Of a DNA stretch of 64,000 nt, positions 50,543 to 61,000 are shown piece after piece. Position numbers and translations under genes: made by a program. The stretch's first letter is position 1; the number at the start of each line of letters is the position of its first letter. The stretch comes from Klebsormidium nitens (taxonomy: Eukaryota; Plantae; Klebsormidiophyceae), in NCBI GenBank assembly GCA_000708835.1, contig DF237185.1, forward strand, positions 68,024-132,023, in the 5' to 3' direction. The notes beneath the pieces were generated by a model. It was not told the DNA's origin. It saw only the letters and a list, made by a program, of their open reading frames with translations, and did no database searches.

Positions 50543-53500
50543 ATGGCAGCCGCTGTGGCACCACAGCAGCCGCAGCAGCCAGAGGCGCAGCAAGAGGCAA
50601 GCACGTCTCAGGGTGCCGCACCTCCTCCCCTCCGGAAACCAACTTTCTGCAAGATCGCAGACCTACGGCCGGGGACGTCCGGCCACAATCTTGTGGTGAA
50701 AGTGGTCTCTAGCAAGGTGGGGATGCATTGTTTCGCTGTTTCAAATGTATCTTGGCTTCTGGCAATATACCTGGTTCCCTTAGCCAATTGTCCATCACAG
50801 CATTCAGTTTCTTAGGTGACAGTGGTCTCCAACGATGTGAGGACGAACTGTTTCGCTGTTCTCTCCCTGGTTTATTTGGGCATGTACTGTTGGAATTCGT
50901 CTTTTAACCAATGCACCCAGTCATCAGCTTAAAAACTTACCACTATCAGTTGACAATCGAGCAATATTGCACAGGAGTTTACCAACCATTGCACAAACTT
51001 GTAAACCTCCTGAATATCGCAAGAAGCTTTAAGATTCAACCAAAGGGCCTACATTTGGAAAAGACAAAAAACCGAGAGAGCAACTCTTTAAGCTGAGATG
51101 CGATTAAAAAGCTTCTGTTTGCTGCCGCAAAGAGGGAATCTGCTTCAAATACAAGCTCAACTTCCCCAAGTTTCAGCACTCTCTGGCGAATGGTGCATTT
51201 AGGGTTGTGCCTTTCTGATTGCTCTTGCGAGCTCAGTGAGCTGACCTCCCGTGCACCAATTTGAATGAGCGTCAACTCATAGAAACTTGGGACATGTGGA
51301 TAGTACTTATTATGGGGTTACAGAACTTCTGTTGTGAGTCCTGTGTTCAGTAGTAGAATTTCGTTTGGGCATCAATTCGCTCGGAAAATCCACAGAATTG
51401 TCTTTCTCTATTCAAAGATAACGAGGTCAATTTGATATGGTCAGCAAGTCAAAGTTTTTGCTTTTAATGGTTTACATGAAGAGATACTTACAGTCCTGAT
51501 CTGGTGCCTGATCTGGTGTTCTACGACAGCATGTTTCTGGAATTTGGGATTCTTTAAGCAATCCTGAATGCATCAAAATAGGGCCTGACGCTCTATCACT
51601 AGCGTAGTCTGCGAAGCTGAGACTTAAGGGACCGGAGTGCACGCATTTCAAGGTAGTGCTGAAGTTGACGCGGATTTCAATCCCTACAGTGCTGTAGGGA
51701 CTTGTCCTTTTTAAACATAAGCCTACTGAAGGAATTGAAAGGCACCTCCTGTGAGATTCTGGACCTTGAGGTACTTTGAGTCGCTGTGCTTACACCTCTT
51801 CCTGCTGTGATGTATTGTTGAACAATACTATTACTCCGCTTTGCCAGTACAGCCGATAGACAACCAGTTGATCTTCGTTCAACTGAATGTTGGCCTTGGC
51901 ACCCTCAGATACTGCAGCAACACTTCACTGCATATCAACCTTGTAAACCTGGTAGAGTGCAAATTACCACTTTTGATCTCTGTCGAATTATCCTCTCATA
52001 GAGACCAGGTGTGTGGCTTTATCCACATTCGTACTTCCAAGGCAAATAGAGTTGCCAGTTTCTAGCAAACTTCGTCAAGCCCTCGTTTGACAACGTCAGA
52101 CTCGGAGATGGTGTTCACTGTTTTGTCAGAGTGTCTGGTATTATGAACTTTGACACCCCTTTCTCAATCCATTTTCAAGCAAAGGAGATGAGCCAGCGCA
52201 GAGGCGGACCCTTGAATAATTTCTCACGAAACAGTTAATGGAACTGCAGAAAAGGGCTCACTTTCAACCCCGCCTTTACTTCAGGTGGTCCTGCAGCGGG
52301 CGCGCCCTGACGGCAGCAAGATGCGGCAAGTGCGGATTGCGGAATGTATAGTGGGGGACGAGACCGGAGTGATTGTCTTCACGGCGCGCACCTTACCAAA
52401 TTGTGATCAGGGTGAGTTTTGCAAAGTCTAGTTCGCCTCTTTTCGAGTCATCAGAGAAGCAGGAGTTTCGCTGCAGATGGTGTGAGGATCTTGATTTCAT
52501 AATGCTCGGTGATTGCGCCTGCAATTCTGGATACTCTTCTTCAGACCTTACCCGTCTTTGCCTGATTGGCCTTCAAGTTTGTCATGTTGATCATTGAGAT
52601 TCTGGCTCAGAATTATTGGTAGCTCAAATTCGGATTCACTTCATTGAAAGCCCAATGCTTTAGTTTCATCCACATCGTGGTCACAGAAATTGACATGAAG
52701 ACCTCCTTGAGACTTCTCTGAAAGGCATTGCAATTGCAATCACGCTGCCTTCTGGTTGTCACGGACGGTACAGCCAGGAAAGTCGGGACACTGCTCTTTA
52801 AGACTGGAAGTTGGGGTTAGAAATCTCTGAAACTGTTCCTAGAGATCGGACCCTGCGGTTTGGAATCGCGAACTGGGTGTCGAACTTTTCCAAGCTGTTC
52901 ATTAGCTTAGGGAACTGGTGTCATATTGCCCAGGTTTGCAATGGAAGAGACACACAATGTACATCGTCAGGCTCGCTTGTGACTTGGGAGCAATCGAAGG
53001 GTTACACAATCATCATTCACCCTTAATTGCTTCTTTCTTGGTTGGCTGTCCCTTTCCAGAAGTGTTATCGGTTGCTTCTGAGCATTGCCTATCATTGTCA
53101 CCTCCACCGTAGATGCTAGATCTCACCCTTGTTCGCAAGTGACAGTCGTTGTTTTGGCTCTGCCTACACATCTCTGGCCAGTCAGCAGATCCCTGTGCTT
53201 ATAGCCTGCTGTTTAATAAAGCGGGAAGGAGAACCACATGGGTTGCAATTGCCGATCTGGACCCCCGTGGGTAGCACTGGTTATGTATACCACTTTAGGA
53301 GCTTCATTTGGAATGGGGAATCCGGGGAGTCGGTGAAGGGGTGTCTACGTGTGCCGGTTCGAAATTGAAATTCTTCTTCCATGGACTGTGTCCATGTATC
53401 GTCAAGCATGCCGGCTGTTCGCACTGAGTCTCGTTATCCCAACGCCTAGCTATCTTCCTCTTGTACAGTCGAGCTCATGAAGGAGGGCGCCACCGTGACT

Positions 53501-53659
53501 CTACGGAATGCCAAGATCGACATGTTTAAGGGTTCAATGCGACTTGCAGTTGATAAGTGGGGTATTGTCACTGCCACGGATGACGCCAGCTTCGAGCCGA
53601 AGGTTGACAACAACCTGTCTCTGGTTGAGTACGAGCTTGTAAATGTAATCGACGAGTGA
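50543..53659 (+). CDS. OB-fold nucleic-acid-binding protein, At4g28440-like
   Basis: Exons 50543-50716, 52285-52411 and 53469-53659 give RKPTFCKIADLRPGTSGHNLVVKVV...RIAECIVGDETGVIVFTAR...DQVELMKEGATVTLRNAKIDMFKGSMRLAVDKWG...DNNLSLVEYELVNV, a close match to the plant At4g28440 family. Confidence 0.92.
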
Positions 53660-55031
53660 TTGGTCTTTTTTCGACAGTGTGAATGGTACTTCAGCTGCAT
53701 AAGCATGCGCAAGCTCAGGCCCAGCCAGTATGTGTATTGAAGAGAGATTTCTCAGCGTGCCTAGAGACCGAGAAGAATGCTTGATGCAAACTCCGAAGGC
53801 TTGCCAGGTAAATCTTGGATTTGTGTTCGTGCAACGTCTTGATTTGCTGGCTGCGTCAAAATAGGAGTCAGCTAGAGTGCTAGCCAGCCAAAGGCTCTGG
53901 AACCAAGTAAACTTCTGACTGTAATGCAGCTTCCGACACGCAACCGTCACTCAACCTAGTACGTCACTTTGGACACTAATCATAACTCCGAGCAAGCGGG
54001 CCTCGTTGCCCGCTCGTAGGTTGAATGTTTATGAGGCGGCGGCTGATCAGGTGATAAGTACGACAGGCCAGTTGTTTACTCGGTCTGCAATGATTTAATG
54101 CATGTTGCTGACCGTACCTGAACCAGGCCTGGCTTTCCCAAAGTTCTGGCCGCGCTCAGCTGATGGTACGGTCACCTGGCATGGTAAGTGAAGGTTGAGT
54201 CCGATTAGTGCATTCTTGGATTGAAGCTCCAGTCACTGGAAAACGAGTCCGGCCATGAACGCAATATGCTGCGCGGCCCTGCCTGGCTCAGCTTGTCTCT
54301 AACATGGTACGTTCTCACTGCCAATGCCGGCATGCACACATACATGTCCACCGTCTCGACATGCGAGTCAAGGAGCCATGCGGCGGTGCTTCCTGCCAAG
54401 TTGCATTTGGTTGCAATGATATATTGCATATACACGTACATCGCAAGCCTGTGTTTCCGACATACTTAATGCATGGTTATACGTCATGAGCCGGAACTCG
54501 CGAAACACAAGCAGATAACATACATACATGCACTTCCCCGCCTCTTTTAGGTGAATCTTAGGAATCATTCAGGGACGTGCCTCGAAGTTTGACTGTACGT
54601 CACAAAATTATGGTCACTTGGCCGGCAAGTCATGACTGGCTGCAGCCGTGACACACTAGTACGAGTCATGCTGTTATGGTTTGGAACCCAGTAATGGCAC
54701 AAGGACGTCGGACGTGCAGATCGTCCTCTGGCACTGAGGCTCGCTGACTCAGGCTCATGCACAAGTATTGGACACGCAAGTCTGATCGAGCCTGGTATCA
54801 CCCAGTCACCATCGAACCCATTGCAAACCTTGTAAGCGGAACGATAAGCATCCCGTCGATTGACTCAATGGCAATGAATGATTGCCTTGCATGCCGTGCA
54901 TCGCCCGGTGCGACCCAGCCACTCGGCTGGCACTCTCAGTGACAGATGCCGAAGTCAAAACTCCCTGCATGGGCTCACATTCTCCACCACTTACGGTCAA
55001 AAGGTTACGGGAATCCGCAGCTAATGGCACC

Positions 55032-58000
55032 TCACAATGCTGTCTTTAAGCTCCTATATTTCAGAAATGTTACAATTGTGGTTCCGCTTGCCACGACCAA
55101 AGTGGGTAGCATCGTCAAATTAAGAATATATTTTTGTCCAAAGCCGCCCATAGCGGTGATCATGATGTCGGATATCGCCCGTGCCAGCGTCCCCGCCTCG
55201 GTGGAGAGCAGACCGCAATTGTAGGTCCCTTTGGACAGCCGGGGGCTCATGGTTTTGGAGAGAAGGGCCATGTTCACACCTGGAAGAAGTGCATTGAGAC
55301 CCTTACGAGGTTAAGGACAGGTGGCAACAGGTTACAAACCGTCTTCGAAATCAAGGCCTGTATCGTCAAGCGAGAGTATGTGAAGAAGGATAAGGTCAAA
55401 GTTGGCTCTTAGCGGGCCACAGATCGACCCTATGCTTCATCACCGGTGATGGTACATGGATTCAAACCTTTGATACAGCTGTATCAGAAAACGAGAACCA
55501 AAGGAGCTGGGACGTTCAACAATCACGGAGTCGCAAAAACACGAACCTTCCATTCACGTACTTAGTATGATCAGCATAGACCGTTCATGAAACTGCTAAA
55601 CCCTCCCAACTGATCTGTGAGCTCAAAACTAGAAACTGGAAAGTCAAATGAAGTAAGATTGACTAGCACCCACCTTCAAGCGCACACGTGGCCACAAAAA
55701 TTAGGATCGCCCCCGCGACGTACTGCGGCAGGCTGTACGGGATGAGCGGCTCGTAGGACAGGTTCAAAACGACGCCGACCACGGTTATTACCTCGGTCCA
55801 CATGATGACCAGCCTGCACAGGCGGGGTCAAGGATTGGGTTAACAATTTGCCCAGGTAGACTGATTGTAAACGTGATGCCTAACCCGGTTTACACGTTAA
55901 CAAGCCTGCACAGCGGGGTCAAGGATCCAATCCAATACGTTGACCCGGGAACAATGACTAGAAATATGGTTATCACCTCGGTCCACAGAGAACGAGTCTG
56001 CACGAGGGAAGTCAAAATTCAGGTCAAGACGTTGACCCGAGGCCCCAACTACGAACCTGGTTCTCCCTCGCTCAACAGGGTAAGGAGCCTGTACAGGGAC
56101 TATTAAAACTCCAGTAGCAAAACAAATCAACACGCACCTGTCCTCGTAGACGTTCCCGATGAACGACCCGATAAGGTAGTTGACGGGGAGCACTGTGAGG
56201 CCCAGCACGCTCAGGAAAGCGCCCACGCTGCGCGGCGTCCATCGGAAGTAGTACTTGGTCACGATGCTACTCTCGGAGATGAGGACCTCCGTCGCGAACT
56301 TGAGCATGAAGTAGACGAGCAAAGTCACCTGGGAAATGGCGTAGGTTCCGTTAAAATTTTCTTTTCTGTAACTTTGGGAGCGGGGTTCCATGATCTACAA
56401 GAAACTGGTGAGTTTGCTGCTCTCAAAAGCGAGGCCCTGTTTCGCGAAGTAGACGAACAAAGTCACCTGGAAGGGAGGGAATCGAATCAAAAATTACGGA
56501 CGTTTCGTTTTGTTCTTGGAAGTCAGTCAATAGACCAGTGGGAGAAGGGTGTCAACCAGGAGCTTTACTTGGTCACGATGCTGCTCTCGGAGATCAGGAC
56601 CTCCGTTGCGAACTTGAGCATGAAGTAGACGAGCAAAGTCACCTGGAAAACGGCAGAACGTACGTCAATTGTGGGAGCAGATTATGAGCAATTGGAGCGG
56701 CAAAGCGAATCAGTAACTGTGTCACGATACTGCTCTTGTAGGTGAGACCTCCCTTGTAGGTGAGACCTCAGTTGCTAAGTTGGGATAAAGGAGACAAGTA
56801 AGGTTACTTAGAAAGACGGAGAAAAACCGAATTTGAATCGTTGGGCTTTTGGTTCCTCTCAGTGGACCAGTGGGATCTCTCGACGGGGAGTCCTACTCGG
56901 TCATGATGCTACTCGCGGAACGGAGGACCTCCGTCGCGAACTTGAGCATGAAGTAGACGAGCAAAGTCACCTGGAAATTGGCAACGCTTAACGTTACGGC
57001 TCCCTGTTTTGCAAGGTCAGGAGCGGGGTTCCACTTCAAAAGAAATCTGGTCAAGGTTGCTGTTCTCGGAGACGAGGACCCCCGTCGCGATTTTGAGCAT
57101 AAAACACACGAGCAAAGTCACCTGGAGACGGCGGGAATAACATGTTTCTCTGGGACAATACAGCAGATGTTCATCATTGGCCTGCCAGAGTCTTCTACGC
57201 TCCTGGTCAGCCCCTTGCTCGAACCCACGCCCAGTCCAACTGAGACCAGCCCTAACCAACTTCAACCAACTCTGATCAGGTGTGACCCGTCTGAAGCCAA
57301 CTCTGACCGTAACTTGCCAGTTGGTAACCAGGTTTTTATCAACACGGGCGTGTTCATCTCCCACGATAAGGTGCTTTGCTCAAACTTACGCCCAGACCAC
57401 CTCTTCAGCAATCCTAGCCAGCTCTAACTCCCCTTTAACCAACTCTAACCGCGACTCTAACCAGTCTGTAACCAGCTCTTGTACCAGCTCGACCGTGTCC
57501 TTTGATCCCTTTCAAACTCATGCCCAGACAAACAGAGGCCTACGTTACCATCTCCAACGAATCCCAACCACCCCTGACTTATTGTGAACCACCTCCAATC
57601 AGTCTCAGACCAATATCAACCGGTGACTTAACCAGTACAAAACTGAGTTCCTCACTAGCACGGGCGAGTTCATCTCCCGCCAAACCTCCGCCAGAGTCTT
57701 GGCCGGCGCCTCAACCTCCTCTTCACTGCCAAACTCGGACCCCCGCCCGTCCGACGCAGCTCCGCTCTCCACTTCGGGGGGGTCCGGCAATAGCAGGGGC
57801 CGCTTGGCATTGGTGAGATTGGCGGAAGAATGAGAGGGGGTCATTGTTGGATCTGGCCGATGTGGTTCCTGCAAGTAATGGAAAATAAAGAATGTGGATC
57901 TTGGGGTCTTGGAATGTGAGACTCTAAAGGTCGAGAATTGTGCATCCTGAAAAATGTTGGAAACTGGAGGTCTTGAGTTCCCATTGTTTTAGGCCAGACC

Positions 58001-61000
58001 CCATCCGATCCAGCGCCAGTCTCCGTAAAGGGGGCCCTGGCAATAGCAGGGGCCGCTTAACATCGGTGAGATTGGCGGAATAGCGGAAGGGGGTCACTGT
58101 GGGATCCGGCCGGTGGGGCTCCTGTAAGTAGCGCGGGGACAATAACGTTTTGAGGATGAGAATGAGTTCAAGGCTCTCAGTTAAGCACTTGCTCTGTGAA
58201 CTCGCCCGCTCTCCACTGTCGGTAGGTCCGACACGCGAGGGAGCGCTTGGCGGTGGCAAGACTGACAGAGGAGTTGGAAGCTTCATAGAAGGACCCGGCC
58301 GATGACTTTTCTTAAGCGGCGAGGGACGAAAATTTAAATCACGGGTGACGAAATTTCAGATCATGGGAGTCTGAATTAACCTTCAAACTTCTGCTTTGAA
58401 AGCCGCACCAAAGCGTTGTCTGTATCATGTCCTCCCGACAATACCAGGCGGCTTTTGCGGTGGGCAGGTCAGCCCAGAAGTCGAAAGCCGTCACTAATGA
58501 CCCAGTGCCTCTAAAAGCTCCGCTTTCCGCTTGGAAAACTTTCGCCCAAAAGCAGTCGCCATCATAACGTCCTAACTCAACCAACATTTTCAGTTACCAT
58601 AATGGGACCTAAGCACCCCAAGAAAGACAGAAGTAAAACATGCATGCACATGCGTCCAAGAGTACCTAAGGCCAGTCTAAGGCCAGTCCAAGTTGAATCC
58701 GGGTTCTCGGTCCTAGACCGATTTAGTATTCCATCGATTGAAGGCCAATAATTCTTCGATTCTGAGGACAATTAGTCCAAAACCTGTAAGCGGTCCAGGT
58801 GAAGGTTTCAATCTTGCATCCAAAACACCTCATCTCCTCAACATCCAAAAATAGCAGTCATTTATCTACTTTCCCGACCGACCGACCCACCAAAAGGGGC
58901 CGGATCGGAACCGGAATATTATTTCCACTGGCCTAAGCATCAAGACGATGACGTCACACCCACCTTGAAGAAGACGAAAACGGCGACCAGGAAGAGCGCC
59001 CACCAGAGCGTCATGATCCATCCGGGGGCGGTGACGTCATTCACCACGATCGGACGGCCCGGGAGGAACGGGATGCGGAAGTCGAGTGACGTCATCAGGC
59101 CAGCCATGGCTGGGCCGGCGGCCATGCCAAACGCGCTGGCGCTCACAAACGCGGCGGAGGCCTGTAGGGGAATGGTTTACCAAGGGTTAGCGCTCGCTCA
59201 ACTGGGTTTTAGCAAGAGAAGGTGCCCGGACCTCAAGTCAACGCACTAGAGCGTACACGCAAATGCGTTCTGCAATGAGCGGATTGGGCTGTGCTGCAAG
59301 CTGCTCATGTCCAACTGAGAAGAAGGTTCTACAGCGAATTGCACTGGAGACTTTACACACCGTACATGTCCCCTTCAGTTCTCGCTCTCTCAACCTGAAG
59401 GCCCACGCTTCAAAGAGCTGCCGACCACTGGGGCTGCCCTTCGACAACCCTCAGCAGATGCTTTCAGAAGACGATCTACTCAAGAGATGCGCTCGCATGA
59501 ACGACGTATTGTCAGGGACCGAGAAGCTACTGTGTGCGCACCTGGGTCCTCTGCTTGACCGGAACCCAGTCGGCAATGTATCGCCGGTTGATGGCCCGAG
59601 CACCGCCTGTGTTGCAGACGAACAAGAAATAGTGAGCACATCAAAAGAAACTCTAATAGTAACGAGGAACTCAAGATACAGGAGGAAGGGTGGAGTTACT
59701 TTGGAGGTTAGGGTGGGTTCGGGTGCGGAGCATGTCATCTTGGCCTTAGGCTTTTAGTGTTGGTTAAGCCGAGAGTAAGTACGTTCAGTTCCTTAAGATC
59801 CTCATTGCTAGTTAAGTTTATGGTTATGTAAGCACTCAAACGACCAGTAGTCAAGCCCTATCCATGCCAACACAGAAACGAAGCCGTCCGATGGCCGTGC
59901 TCGGTCATCAAACGGCCTAATTTTTGAAGGGTCCAAATCTCAATCTGGCCAAGCGTCGACGAACTGGTGTTAAAACCGACCGACTCCGGAAAGGTTTGTT
60001 CAACTCTCCACTCCTTCCGAAAAACGAAGACTCGGATTGTCAGAAGAACCACGAAAAAGAGAAGAGAAGCTGTTTCGTTTCACATCCGAAGCCGCTCAAG
60101 AGACGAAAGGGCAAAAACAGGCTCCAAAGGGGCCCAATGGTCTTTACAAACAGTTTCTCGGTGCTCATGAGAGACTTCCTCTCTTTAAAGTCGGGAATTG
60201 CGTCTCCTATTCAATATTCTGGATAAATCGCCAAACGGAACAAAGATGAACACTGAAAACGGTGCTACAACGTTGTAAGAGGAAGGTAAGCGAGTTCTGA
60301 GGGGAGTTTTGAGGGGAAATCCAAAACCGCTGTCTTAAGGCACCATTTTCAGAAGCAAAATGACTCCGTAACGCTCCACCTACTGATAACTGCACGCACT
60401 CGAAAAGGTCACACCTTTTCATCGCAACCAACTGCTAAGGCATTATAACCGACCGCAAAGTAGTGCGGTTGGCCCCAAAGGCGTCGCCGTAAGATGAAAG
60501 GGGACAGTTTTCGAGGGCTTACCAAGCCCGTTGAACGCCCGCCCCAGTAGCACCAGCCACACCGAATTGAAGACGAGGGCTAGGGCGTAGAAGATGTTGC
60601 CAATGATCAGGATGATCGTACTGACGATGAGGGGCTCTCGGTAGGACCGGTTGGACCAAGCACTGCAAGTCGAGAGAGCTTAGGCTTACAGAGGGCTTCG
60701 CTTGATGCGAAACGGCTGCTATTAAAACTTTCATTCCGATCCTGCGAAAGCTAACCTCACCGAAATAAGCCCATGTCTCTGACCGAAGTGAAACCCTGTC
60801 TTCCATCTGAATGAAAGCCTGTCCCTGTTCGAAACCTAGCCCCGTCCCTGTCCATAATAAACCCATGTTTGGTCAAATCTTAACCTCCGGTCTCTAGTCT
60901 CTCACCTATAGACGAAGGTAGAGACCAGGGCGGTAAGAGGCATGGCGCCAATCATGATACCGGCGACGGAGGCCGGCATGTGGAGCAGAACGGCGTAGTC

